A model generated the notes under the pieces. The model made no database searches. It worked only from the letters and a program-made list of their open reading frames with translations, and was not told the origin of the DNA. The translations under genes and the position numbers were made by a program. A stretch of DNA of 64,000 nt from Octopus sinensis. Lineage: Eukaryota. Position 1 is the stretch's first letter. The number at the start of each line of letters is the position of its first letter. This document shows, piece by piece, positions 39,896 to 55,072 of this stretch. The stretch is from positions 11,532,001 to 11,596,000 of the forward strand of contig NC_043021.1 of NCBI RefSeq assembly GCF_006345805.1. The letters run 5' to 3'.

Positions 39896-42800
39896 GTATA
39901 TGTATATATATATATCAAAATAAAAATTAAATGGAAACTGTAGGTGTGATACCTGTGCCGGTGGCATGTAAAAAGCACCATCCAAACGTGGCCGATGCCA
40001 GTGCCGCTTGACTGGCGTCCGTGTCGGTGACATGTAAAAAGCACCAACAGATCGTGGTCGTTTGCCAGCCTCCTCTGGTCCCTGTGCTGGTGGCACATAA
40101 AAAGCACCCACTACACTCACGGTGTGGTTGGCGTTAGGAAGGGGATCCAGCCGTAGAAACACTGCCAAATCAGACTGGAGCCTGGTGCAACTTCCTGGCT
40201 TCCCAGACCCCGGTCGAACCGTCCAACCCATGCTAGCATGGAAAACGGACGTTAAACGATGATGATGATGATGATATGTGTGTGTGTGTGTGTGTGTATT
40301 ATACAAAGGCCCTAGGCAATGAAGACCTTTCGTCTCAACAGTTGAACGCTGGTACCATGAAGGACAATAACTGAATGGAAAAAAAATGTCAGATGATACA
40401 AATTGTAAATTGTAAGAGATGGCAGGAAAGGAAGGCTAAAGAAGATAAGAGTGGAAGTGGTAAAGTTTGATCCCCAAATGCTCGACTTTATTTGACACAA
40501 TTTTGTCCTGAACAAGATCTGAGGTCACTGTAGTGCAAGGGACTACAAAAGAAAGAAAAGAAGGGGCTTGCAAGTTCAAAAGATGTTGATCGACAGAAAG
40601 CTTAACCCTTCAGCATTCAAACCGGCCATATCCAGCCCAAATATTTTACCAGTTTTATGTTCAAATTGACCAGATATGGCCCCTCACACCTACCCAGCAA
40701 TGTCATTCTAGAAATAAGCAATCATACCAATGACTGAAATCTCAAAGCTACAACATAATGAATGATTAATTCAAAGCAATGTGAATAAATAAGCATTACA
40801 TTTGACAGACTAATCTGAATGCTAAAGGGTTTAACTGGCCATATCTGGCCTCTTGTACCTACCCTACAACATCATGCTAAAAATTAACAGATACCTTTTG
40901 AAAATCCCAAAGCTACACAATAATGCTGGCGTTAACATTTATTACTGCTGGAATTGGTTAGAGGTTCCAGAAGTAATAAATGAACTTCCAGCCATCAATT
41001 TCATTCTGGTAATCGATGCTAGGCGCTTTCATCTTGACGAAATGAGCCTCCTTTATCCAAAGGTTGAACTGTTCCCCTGGCCAGTATCCGAGTAGTACAG
41101 AGTGCATTGTGTTAACATATATATTTCTGCGACAGGTTATTTTTAAATAACCACAACCAACTATTTATTTGTGGAAAACCATTTTACACCAGACGTGTAT
41201 ACCCAATGCCATAACAGTATTGTAGGCTCCTTTCAGGCACTGGTTCTCTCACTCCTTGGTGAAGAGCCATGTTCAAGGAAGGACCTGGACTTCTGATATC
41301 GTAGCAAGATAGTCCCAGCTAAAAACCCGAGGAGAGCCTGTTCCCACTGATCTAGGCAGATCAAATGCACACCCAAAAAAGGGAAAAAAATTGCCAAAAT
41401 CCCCAACAGCAGAACAAGAGATGAAGGTTCCAGATGTAGTAAATGAACTTCCATCCATCAAATTTATTCTGGCGAACGAGGCGAGGCACCTTCTTCCTAA
41501 TGAAACGTGCCTCCTTTATCCAAAGTTTGACCCCATCTATTCCCTTGGCCAGTATTCAAGTAGTACAGAGTGCATTGTGTTAACACACACACACACACAC
41601 ATATATATATACATTCAAAATGTGACCGCATGTGTACCGTTGGCGATTTTTTTCCTCTGTCTTCCCTTCTCTGGATCTTTTCTTTTCCTATGTTTCTGAC
41701 GAAGAGCTCTGCTCTTCCTTCCTGAGCGTCCAATAATACTATATTTGTTCCACGTCCTCGCGTTGTTGTGTTTTCTCTTTGTGTTTTCATGTTTGGATTA
41801 ACTTTATATATATATATATATTCTCTTTACTCTTTCTCTTTTACTTGTTTCAGTCATTTGACTGCGGCCATGCTGGAGCACCGCCTTTAGTCGAGCAAAT
41901 CGACCCCGGGACTTATTCTTTGTAAGCCCAGTACTTATTCTATCGGTCTCTTTTGCTGAACCGCTAAGTGACGGGGACGTAAACACACCAGCATCGGTTG
42001 TCAAGCAATGCTAGGGGGACAAACACAGACATACATATATATATACGACAGGCTTCTTTCAGTTTCCGTCTACCAAATCCACTCACAAGGCATTGGTCGG
42101 CCCGGGGCTATAGCAGAAGATATTTGCCCAAGGTGCCACGCAGTGGGACTGAACCCGGAACCATATGGTTGGTTAGCAAGCTACTTACCACACAGCCACT
42201 CCTGCGCCATATATATATATTTCAGCTGAACATTTTAAAAATTTGGGCTGAACACTTAAAAAAATTGAAATCTCATCAGGAAAAACATAACTGTTCAGAC
42301 TAGTATTTTTTATGTAAATTAATCCATCATTTTAATGCCTGGCCATTGGAAACAACTGCATTATTGAAGTGTCGCTGCACACATGTAAAGTGACACTTCA
42401 ATAAAAGGATTACGAAAGAAATTAAATTTCTGACATGCCAGCTAAGAAAAATAAAGAGAGAGAAAAAAAAAAATAAATAAAAATAAAAGATTTGCCATCA
42501 CAGATCTAAGTTCACCGTTTTAGGGCGAAACTAGGTTAAGCATCAGGGTATCAATTAAAAACTGGTACCACACCTCTCCTAAAATCTGTACTTTTATTAA
42601 TTGTATATTATAAAGGTCACTGGAATAACAAGAATCAGTAAGGGCGTCAGACTAAATTGCTTAATATTCTAAGTTCAAGTCATGCTTCTGTTGCCACTGG
42701 TGGAGTATGTGCCTTCATGCCTCTCCAACTGATAACTGATGATGCTTGAAACCAACTTCATTCCTTATGCACCAGTGTTTCTCAACTGGGGTTCCACGGA

Positions 42801-43293
42801 ACCGTAAGGTTCCACAATGGGTTCCCAAGGGTTCTGTGAGAAAGGGCGAGATAAACTAATGCTAATTTCATGATTGTAATATTACTATACACGCACAACA
42901 TATTGGTAATCTTGTAATATAAACATCATCCTATCTAACCTATTATGTTATCAAAAAAATTTAACAACCATATACACACACACACAGAGTAGTACCTTGG
43001 TTTCCGAACAACTATGATCACGAATAAATCGTGCTTTATATACATATATATATATGTATATATACAGATGTATATGCATATACTCTTTACTCTTTTACTT
43101 GTTTCAGTCATTTGACTGCGGCCATGCTGGAGCACCGCCTTAAATCGAGCAAACTCGACCCCGGGACTTATTCTTTTGTAAGCCCAGTACTTATTCTATC
43201 GGTCTCTTTTGCCGAACCGCTAAGTGACGGGGACATAAACACACCAACATCGGTTGTCAAGCAATGCTAGGGGGACCAAACACAGACACACAA

Positions 43294-43344
<51 letters not shown>

Positions 43345-43748
43345 CATATATACGACAGGCATCTTTCAGTTTCTGTCTACCAAATCCACTCACAAGGCTT
43401 TGGTCGGCCCGAGGCTATAGTAGAAGACACTTGCCCAACATGCCACGCAGTGGGACTGAACCCGGAACCATGTGGTTGGTTAGCAAGCTACTTACAACAC
43501 AGCCACTCCTGCGCCTTTATTTATTTTTTTATTTTATTTTTTTATTAAATCCACTCAGCATCCACTTGTTAACAAGCATTTACTAAATTGATCCCAATTC
43601 TACATTATGAAAAATATCTATCGCGCTATATGATACGCATCGCAAATAATAATGATTCAGATAAGGGATGTTAAATGATGATGCTGATGATGATTAATGC
43701 ATATGCTGTAAAAAAAAATATTTAAAAAAAAACCATAACTGAAAGGCA

Positions 43749-43782
<34 letters not shown>

Positions 43783-45800
43783 TATATATACATACATATA
43801 TACGACAGGCATCTTTCAGTTTCTGTCTACCAAATCCACTCACAAGGCTTTGGTCGGCCCGAGGCTATAGTAGAAGACACTTGCCCAACATGCCACGCAG
43901 TGGGACTGAACCCGGAACCATGTGGTTGGTTAGCAAGCTACTTACAACACAGCCACTCCTGCGCCTTTATTTATTTTTTTATTTTATTTTTTTATTAAAT
44001 CCACTCAGCATCCACTTGTTAACAAGCATTTACTAAATTGATCCCAATTCTACATTATGAAAAATATCTATCGCGCTATATGATACGCATCGCAAATAAT
44101 AATGATTCAGATAAGGGATGTTAAATGATGATGCTGATGATGATTAATGCATATGCTGTAAAAAAAAATATTTAAAAAAAAACCATAACTGAAAGGCAAC
44201 ACACACACACATATGTACACACATGCATGTATGTGTATAGTTATTTTACAGAGCAGCAGCAAGAGGCAGTCAGATATTACATGTACGGTGACATAGCATC
44301 GCCGTGCACAGCAATGCACATTTACTTTCACTGGGCCCAGGGTGCAGCAGAATTCCATGAAATGGCTGATGGATGTAAACACGATGAGAGGAGGTGTCGG
44401 GGTGGGGTGGGGTGGGGGTGGGGGTGGAGACGAAGTAAAAAAAATAAATAAGGTGGGTGGGTGGGTGGGTGGGCGAACCGGAGAGGGAAACATGGAAACA
44501 TTCAAAGGGACAGTTGAGAACATGATGACGATGATGATGATGACGACGATGACGATGATGCAGTAGATGAGGGTTGTATGTGGGTTGGGGAGTGGTGGTG
44601 GAGGTGAGTCATATTTTCAGTGGTGGTGGTGGTGGTGATGATGGTGATGTCGTGACGGTGCTGACAGTGATGATGATGATGATGGAGGTGGTGATGATGG
44701 TAGTGGTTCGGGAAGGGGATCAGTAAGGGTTAATAGTAATGGACATTACTGTTTCCCTCTGCTCCTCTTTACTACTACTACTACCACTACTACTGCTGTG
44801 GAAGTAGTCGAGAGTAGTGGTTAGTGGTGGGTCAGAGGGCCACTGGTACCAGTGGTGAGAAGTAGTTTCATAGGAGAGAAGGAAGAGGGAATTGCCCAAA
44901 AGGACCCTGTAAAAGGAATGGAGGAAGGGGGATTCCCTTTTTATGAAATGTGAGGTGGTGGTGGTAATAGTGATGGTGGTGGAAGAATTAGGAAGGAGAG
45001 AAAGGTGGTGATCAGTGAGTTAGGAGAGGGGGAAAGACATGATAGGAGAGCAAAGATAAGTAGTGGAGAGACGAGAGACAGAGAGAGAGAAAGAAGGAGA
45101 GAGAAAATTAAAGGGAAGGGGAAACAATCATTGTGACTCACATAACCAAGAAATGTCTAATTGATTAGTCAAGTGGAATACCATTAAAGCTATTTACACT
45201 GCCATCACTGCCCCACACCACCGTCTCTCTTTCTCTCTCTCCCTCATACACACACACACACTCACTCACTCTGGGTCTCATCTTCCTCTAATATAAAGAT
45301 GAAGACAGAGAAAGTAAACAGAAATTGCACAATGTCTGTCTGCGTGTCTGTGTCTCGATCAACATGAATCATGTCTATACTAATACCAAAACATGTTCAA
45401 AGAACTCTGTGTGTGTGTGTGTGTAATCATTTTCATATCTGTTCTGCCAAGTTTGCACGGAATGGAAGGGCTTTTTCTCTAGTGCAAGTTCTTCTTTCCC
45501 ACTTGTTGCCATCCTTTGTTATCTCATTCGTCAGGGTCAACATCCTGAGATCAGCTCTCTCTCTCTCTCTCTCACACCATTTCTACCCATGCCTTTTTTG
45601 CTCTTCTCCATTCATTAGTTCTACCCACTCGCACCTTCCAGCTTTCCATTATCCAGCTGTCACCATTCACCAACATTATATATATATATATATATGTATA
45701 TATATACATATCAAAGTAAATAAATGGTACAACGAAGTACCGATATTTACTGGAAAATAGCAATCATAATACATACGACGCTATTGTATAGCTTCACTGC

Positions 45801-45864
<64 letters not shown>

Positions 45865-46593
45865 GTGTATAATATTAGGGAGTATATCCAAACTTACAGG
45901 GAAAAATTAGATTTAGGATTAAATCAAATTTCACAGTATAAATATAAATTAAATTAGAGATAAAACCACTATTATGCAACTCAAACAGTGATAGACATAA
46001 ACCAAAACATAAAAAGCAAAACATAAATATAATTAATATAATATATAATATAAAATATAAATTATTAAAATTTAAAATTTTACAATTTATATTTTTATAT
46101 TTTTTTAGTTTTTTAATTTTTAAACTTTAACCAAAAAGTATAAAAAAGTTAAATATAATAATAGTGGTTTTATCTCTAATTTATATATATATATACTCTT
46201 TTACTTGTTTCAGTCATTTCACTGCAACCATGCTGCAGCACTGCCTTTAGTCGAGCAAATCGACCCCAGGACTTATTCTTTGTAGCCCTAGTACTTATTC
46301 TATCGGTCGCTTTTGCTGAACCACTAAGTTATGGGAACGTAAACACACCAGCATCAGTTGTCAAGCAATGTTAGAGGGGACAAACACAGACACACAAACA
46401 TATAGACATATATATATATATATACATATATACGACAGGCTTCTTTCAGTTTCTGTCTACCAAATCCTATCACAAGGCTTTGGTCGGTCCGAGGCTATAG
46501 TAGAAGACACTTGCCCAAGGTGTCACACAGTGGGACTGAACCCAGAACCATGTGGTTCGTAAGCATGCTACTTACCACACAGCCACTTCTGCG

Positions 46594-46658
<65 letters not shown>

Positions 46659-48436
46659 TAATCAATGAAATTCCAAGCTAGTCTGATTTTCACGTTTCAA
46701 TATTTACAATTTTTACAATATAATAACAAAATATTATATATTTATTGTGCTAAAACTAGTACTTTCATGTATTACACAATCATCAGGCTTATGCAGTAGC
46801 AGTGACAGTCGTGTTTCACAAATGACAACTATATATATATATATATCTCCCATGTGATCAGTGCTCAGCCAAGCACCATCTTTCTTTCTTGGCCTGACTG
46901 CCGCTCGCACAACGCCTGTTTATGTCTCCATAACTTGGCAGTTCAGCAAAAGAGACTGATAGAATAAGAAGTACCAGGCTTTAAAAAAAATAATAAAGTA
47001 CTGGGGTTGATTCATTCGACTAAAAATTCTTCAAGGCGGTGCCCCAGCATGGCCACAGTCTAATGACTGAAACAAAGTGAGAGGTACCTTTGAAAAAGGC
47101 CACTGCCCTTCAACTCTGCAACAGACCAGCATCCCTTTCAGGGGGAATATTGTGATCCCCATCATTTACATGTCGCAGAGACCAGGTCTTATGAGTCCTA
47201 GGGCTAAAGGAAAATGGAAAAACATTCAACAGCACATACCCACCTTCTTTCCACTCCAGCCCTTAACACGCCCCCTATATTCAACGCCTGTGTTACTCAA
47301 CCACACAGCATCACACATCACACACTTCAAACACCAAACAAGCTGCCCTTCACTCAGAGAAAGAATCCTTTTGTCGCTAATCAAGGTTACAGCTTCCTGA
47401 AAACCTTTCTGTCTATCGGCCCCACTCCATCCTTACCCCTGGCTAATATACTATAGGAACACCCATTTCCACAGCTTATTAGGTCACCCAGGTAAGGGAA
47501 GACATTAAATACTTTTATGGCGGGGAAGGGAGAGGGAGGGGTCCTTTCTAAACACTTGAAAGGAATTTTATTTTCACAGGTGCTCTGACAGCTAACTACC
47601 TACTCCCGTCCATCTTTTACAGACCAAGTCTTTTCTTCTCAGCCAATCTCATTATATAAGTTAAGTTAATTTTTTGGCTCACAAAGCAAAAAGCAAGGCC
47701 ATGTAGGGGGACATGGAGTTATATACAGGGTGGTGTTCATGCAAAGAGTTCAGGCCATTTCTGGTCAAGAGAGGCTTTGAACCGAGCGGTTGTCGGCATC
47801 TTCACTATCTCGTCCGGCAGCTTATTCCACGGATCCGCATGGAGAAAGCCCCTTCTCCTTCGATTGAGATGAAATCGTCGCAGATAGAGCTCAATCCACA
47901 CACTGTTCCATATCTTACTCCCTCTAACCACCACCATCATCATCAACATCAACAATACCCAGAGGGTTTACAGTAGCAACACCATCCTCCCACCACCAGT
48001 ATGTGTAACCTTAACACCCGGTAAGGTATTTTGGCACTCTTTTATGTTTTTGTCTCTCATCCTGTGAAGGAAATAGAGGGAACCCGAGAACTGTCAAAAG
48101 TGACGAGAGATGTAACCAAGAGCCAATACCTCTTCCTCATAAACTCAGTAAAGATTGTTTATTCTGATATCAATGGGTTTAGCTTTTTATTCTGTTACTA
48201 GTTTCAGTCATATGACTGCGGCCATGCTGGAGCACTGCCTCGAAGGTGGTTTTTAGTTGAAGAAATCGACCCCCACCCCACCCACTGGACTTATTCTTTG
48301 TAAGCCTAGTACTTATTCTATTGGACTCTTTTGCTGAACCATTAAGTTATGGGGATGTAAACACACCAACAGTGTCGAGCAGTGATGGGGGGGGCAAACA
48401 GACAGAAAGACATGTACACATAAATATATACATACA

Positions 48437-48496
<60 letters not shown>

Positions 48497-50875
48497 CACA
48501 CACAAACACACAATGAGGTTCTTTCAGTTTCCATCTACCAAATCTACTCACAAGGATTTGGTCAGCCCGTAGCTATAGCAGAAGACACTTGCTCAAGGTG
48601 CCAGGCAGTGGCACTGAACCAAGAACCATGTGGTTGGGAAGCAAGTGTCTTACCATACTTCATCCTTACCCCTGCGCCTTGTTTAGGTTCACAAAAGAAC
48701 TCCGTGAGAGAACACGTTTCAGTGGCCAAAAACATGTCAAACTGTGCAAAACATTAGAGAAGGACACCTCGACGTTTCCTGCAATAAATATACCCGAAGC
48801 AAAATTCTTTCAGGGATCCTTAAAATACTAGCTGTAGACCCCACAAGGGGCTAAACATAGAGGGGGCAAACAAGGACAGACAAAGGGATTAAGTCAATTA
48901 CATCGACCCCAGTGCATAACTGGTACTTATCGACCCTGAAAGGATGAAAGGCAAAGTCGACCTCGGTGGAATTTGAACTCAGAACGTAACTGCAGACAAA
49001 ATACCGCTAAGCATATCGCCCGTCGTGCTAACGTTTCTGCCAGCTCGCCACCTTTACCAGCCATCAAACTGTCCAACACATGCCAGCATAGAAAACTGAC
49101 ATTAAATGGTGGTGATGATGATGATGATGGTGATGTATGAAATGAGGGCTAATTAAAAGTGGGAAAACAAGCATAGACGTTAGTGCTTTGGACAGGCAAA
49201 GGGTTAAAATGATGGACAGCTGACTGTATCAACCTGTTGTATTTGACTAGTACTCTTTTACTTGTTTCAGTCATTTAACTGCGGCCATGCTGGAGCACCG
49301 CCTTTAGTTGAGCAAATCGACCCCGGGACTTTATTTCGTTGACATCCACCACCACCCCTCTCCCAACCCCCTGGAAAGATGAAAGACAGGAACTCAGAAC
49401 TGTGAAGTCCCAATCTAAAAACACAACAAGGAATGTCATTTGACACTGATAATTCTCCGAATCCATTGACCTGATGATGATGATGATGATGACAGTGGTG
49501 AAGATGAAGATGGTGGTGGTGGTGGTGGTGGTGGTGGTGGTGGTGGTGGTGATGACAGTTATGATGATGATAATAACAAGTACAATAGATTATTGTAATT
49601 ACATTAATAACGATAATTAGGATAAGTTTTAATGATTCCCAATATTTGGTTCCTGCTAAATTTAAATCAAGTCTGGGAAACAGAGTAAAGGGAAGTTAAA
49701 TCCACGAAAATTTTTACCAATACCAAGAATACTTTTATTTTCATTTTCTCAGTCATTAGACTGTGGCCATGTTGGAGCACAACCTTGAAGAATTCAGTCA
49801 AACAAACCAAGTCCAGTACTTTTCGCTTTTGTTCTTTTTTTTTTTCTCAAGTCTGGTACTTATTCTAGCAGTTTCTTCTTTTTTTTTTTCGGTGAACAGC
49901 TGTAGATACAGAGATGTCAATAAACCAACACAGGTTGCAAAGCAGTGCTGGGGGGGGGAGGAGAACAAATACATACACACACACACTTTCTGTCAACCAA
50001 ACTCACTTGCAAGACATAGGCTACCCCCTCCCTCAAAATTTCAGTCCTTGTGCCTGCCTACAGTAGAAAGGATTACTAATATTATTATTATTATTATTAT
50101 TAAGGCAGTGAGCTGGCAGAATCCTTAGCACACCGGGCAAAACACTTAGCAGTATTTCGTCCATCCTTACATTCTGAGTTCAAATTCCACTGAGGGCAAT
50201 TTTGGTTTTTATCCTTTTGGAGTCACTGAAATAAGTACCAGGTGTGCACTGGGGGTCAATGTAATCAACTAGCCCCCTCCCTCAAAGTTTCAGACCTTGT
50301 GCCTATAGCAGAAACATTATCATCACCATCATTAGTAGTAGTGGTGGTGGTGGTGGTGGTGGTGGTGGTAGTATGCTCTACATTTAGAATCAAAGAAATC
50401 TCTTGGAGCAGGTGGTAAGTCTTAACTTTAGCAGGGCAGAAACAGAAGCAAAGGAAATGCTGATAAAGAATCTTAGACTTTCTCATTTATTTGTTTTCTT
50501 TTAATTATTTATTTTTTTTGTTTTTTGTTTTAATTCCAATTTTGTGATTATTTTGTACTGTCAGCGCTATTGAGAGAGATATTTTGAAATTCGAGTTGGA
50601 ATTATGGAATTGATAGAATAACTTTAGAAGTGTGCATGTGTGTGTGGAGGTGGTGGTGGTGGGGCATATAGGAGAAGGAAAGAATGTAAGGGGTGGGGAG
50701 GGAGAAGGAAGGAGAAGGTGAGGAGAATGGTGGGGTGGGGTGCTGGTGGGGGTTAGCAAACTGGAGTTCTATAATTCTTCATTGAGAAGTCTGGCTATCA
50801 AAATTCTTGCTCTGTGTGTGTATGTATGTATATATCTATATATTTATATATACACAAACACACATGCATACAAAT

Positions 50876-50920
<45 letters not shown>

Positions 50921-53900
50921 AACACACACGCATACAAATACACACACACAAACACCAAAAAGCGCTCATGCCAGTGCCAGCTAATAAGCACTCGTGTTGG
51001 TGCCACGTAAAAGTGCCTGTGGCACATTAAAAGCACCCAGTACGCACTGTAAAGTGGTTGGCATTAGAAAGAGCATCCAGCTGTAGAAACCAAATCAGAC
51101 TGGAACCTAGTGTAGCTTCCCAGCTTTGGTCAAACTGTCCAACCCATGCCAGCATGGAAAACGGACATTAAAGGATGAAGATGAATAAACTGCTTATACT
51201 TGTAGAATACACGAAATATTTTAACAATTTTTTTATACAATTCCTGATAATATTTAATTCTAAAAATACGGCAGGATTTTTTTTAAACATCGATTGGCTC
51301 AGAGGGTCCATCTGAGTAAAACGTGACATGACAATTTGGCGCATAGGCAATTCGGGGCATAGGTAATTCGGCACATAGGCAATTTGGCACATAGGCAATT
51401 CAGTGCAGGGTATCTTGTTGAACTGAGGTAGAGGTTATGTTTGGGATGAAAAAAAAAAATAGGGGAAAAATTTCAATTATTTATTTAAAAACGAGTAAAG
51501 ATAGAAAATACAAAGAGAATTACATATATTACATGTGCTGAATTGTCAGTACTCTGAGTAAAACAGGAATCAAAGGGGTCCATAGGTAAAAAAAAAAAAT
51601 GATTGAGAAACACAGCCATGACCTTTCAAAACCAATGAAGGAGCTTCAATGTGGTTGTTTGACCTGTTAGAAATAGTTGTTAAATTTTCCTCAAATCACA
51701 TCTTACTGTTGTGACGAGATCAGTATTACTGTACTGTAGTATAGCACAAGGACTTCCTGCCACCACCAGGGCCCACAGGCATTCCTTGCAGCTGCCATCA
51801 GTGGCCACAGGTACTCCCCGCCACTACTAGGAACCAAAAGGATTCTCTGCTATCAACAGGGGCCACAGGGACTCCCTGCCATCATCAGGGGCCACAGGGA
51901 TTCCCTGCCATCACCAAGGGCCACAGGGACTCCCTGCCATCACCAAGGGTCACAGGAACTCCCCCACCATCACCAGGGACCACAGAGACTCCCTGCCATC
52001 ACCAAGGGTCACAGGAACTCCCCCGCCATCACCAGGGGCCACAGGAACTCCCTGCCAACATCAGGGGCCAGGGGACTCCCCACCATCACCAGGGGCCAGG
52101 GGACTCCCCGCCATCACCAGGGGCCACAGGGATTCTCTGCTGCAATCAGAGACCACAAGGACTCCCCACCACCAAAGCCCACAAGGACTCCTCACCAACA
52201 CCCTCAGAGGTCACAGGACTCCTCACCATCCCAGAATCTGCAGAGATTCTCCATTATCCTACACTATTATGACTGACCGGACTGGCTACATTAAGCACTG
52301 CCAGACGTTAATAATCAATAGCAGATCAATCCACTAATCAATACCAGTAAGTGAACCTATAAGCTGCTGTTCGATCGACTCCTAGAAACAGTAACCAAAT
52401 CACTTTCTATATTAAACTCTGTAAAAGGAAACAATACAATCCTAGATGCAGTGTGTAAATATGGATGGGATGGTCGCAGTTAGAATGTCTTTTCATAAGT
52501 ATGCTTCAATAAAGCTGATCTGCAGCTAAACAACAGTGACTCCCACCACAACCACCAACAATTGTCTACAAGGACTCTTCTGTTGCTAGAAACAGCAACC
52601 AAATCATTTTCTATATTAAGCATTCTACAAGGAAATGTTCTGATATAGTCCTGGATACAGTGTGTGAATATTGATGGGATGGTCACAGTCGGAATGTCTG
52701 TGACTTCCACCACAACCACCAACAATTGTCTACAAGGACTCTTCTGCTGCTAGAAACAGCAACCAAATCACTTTCTATATTAAGCTTTGAACAAGGAAAT
52801 GTTCTGATGTAGTAATGAATACACTGTGTGAATATTGATGGGATGGTCGCAGTTGGAATGCCTGTGACTCCTACCACAACCACCACCAATTGTCTCCAAG
52901 GACTCTTCTTGTCCACTCTATAGCAAGACACCTTTAAATGCAGAAGCCATATACTTTCAAGTCGCTGTGATTAAAAACAAATAAAAACAAGCAACCAACG
53001 TCACTGATTATTCAGTGAGAGAGAGAGAGAGAAGGTGTGTCTGAGATAGCCTCGGGCCAACCAAAGCCTTGAGAGTGGATTTGGTAGACGGAAACTGAAA
53101 GAAGCTCGTCGTATATATATATGTGTGTGTGTTTGTCCCCCCAACATCGCTTGACAACCGATGCTAGTGTATTTACGCCCCCGTAACTTAGCAGTTCGGC
53201 AAAAGTGACCGATAGAATAAGTACTGGGCTTACAAAGAATAAGTCCTGGGGTCGATTTGCTCGATCGACTAAAGGCGGTGCTCCAGCATGGCCTCAGTCA
53301 AATGACTGAAAAGAGTAAGAGAGTAGGTGTGAGAGGCCAGATCTGGCTAGTGAAACCCTTTAGCATTCAGAATACTTTGTCAATAGTAATAGGCGCAGGA
53401 GTGGCTGTCTGGTAAGTAGCTTGCTAACCAACCACATGGTTCCGGGTTCAGTCCCACTGCGTGGCATCTTGGGCAAGTGTCTTCTACTATAGCCCCGGGC
53501 CGACCAATGCCTTGTGAGTGGATTTGGTAGACGGAAACTGAAAGAAGCCTGTCGTATATATGTATATATATATGTGTGTGTATATGTTTGTGTGTCTGTG
53601 TTTGTCCCCCCAGCATTGCTTGGTGTGTTTACGACTCCGTAACTTAGCAGTTCGGCAAAAGACACCAATAGAATAAAGGCGGTGCTCCAGCATGGCCACA
53701 GTCAAATGACTGAAACAAGTAAAAGAGTAAAAAGAGTAAAGAGTAATACTAATTTATTCAAATTGTTTTGAATTAATCATGCATTATCTTGTAGCTTTGA
53801 GACTTCAACGATGAGATTTTCTATTCTGCGACTGGCATTACAGGGTAGGTATGAGAAGCTGGATCTGGCCAGTTTGAACATAAAACAGGTAGAGTATTTT

Positions 53901-55038
53901 GGCTGGATATGGCCAGTTTAAATGCTTAACAGTGAACAGGTGACTAACGCCAATGATAGTCCAGCAAGGGAGAGAGAAAACATGTCAAAGTGTTGTCAAG
54001 GCATTCATGCCTTTTTTTTTGAGCACTGCCAGTTAGGTGTCCAAACCAGGTGACTGACCAACCATACTATACCATAAACCACCTCTAAACTCAAGTTGGA
54101 GCTTAACAGGTGACCAACACTACTGACTGTGCAAAGAGAGAGAGAGAGAGAAATGCATCAGACAGAAGAGTTGTTGAGACATTCATGCCTTTTTTTCTAA
54201 TAGCATTACCCAGTTGTCAAAATGAGGCCACAGACTAACACACCGTACCTTCAACCACCTATTTCTTTATTACCCACAAGGGGCTAAACACAGAGGGGAC
54301 AAACAAGGACAGACATAGGTATTAAGTCGATTACATCAACCCCAGTGCGTAACTGGTACTTTATTTATTGACCCCGAAAGGATGAAAGGCAAAGTCGACC
54401 TCGGCGGAATTTGAACTCACAACGTAACGCAGACGAAATACCGCTAAGCATTTCGCCCGGCATGCTAACGTTTCTGCCAGCTCACCGCCTTCAACCACCA
54501 GTAAACTGAAGTAAGAGCTTACAGACTCCATACCCCACCTCCTTAGCAGTGCTAACCACCTGAAATATACTTAATCCTAAATCTCTTAAAACTGAGATTA
54601 ATTAACTTGGCTAATTACTAACAGCACTTGTTGCCCTCCATACAACAACCAATTCAGCTGGATATTGGATATAAACATAATAATAACAGGGGCACTCAGA
54701 GAGTGCAAACTTCTGCCAAGGCAACACCAATGTCCTCTTAACGATCAACCAGAGGTGGTTTTTAAAATGAGAATATCTGAAATAAACTCGACTGCTCTCA
54801 CAAATGAGAATACTAAAAATGAATCCAACCGCTCTCAAAAATTAAGTAAAAAATCCGGAAAAATAATCCAGAATCCTTGTCCAAAAATCTAATCAGCTCG
54901 TGCCAGTCATAAGGCCAAACATCCCTGAAAGTTTCATCCGGATCCATCCAGCGGTTCTTGAGATATCTTGTCCACAGACAGACAAACAAACAAACAAACA
55001 CGACTGAAAACAATATCCCTGCCTTCGCTAAAGGCGGA

Positions 55039-55072
<34 letters not shown>

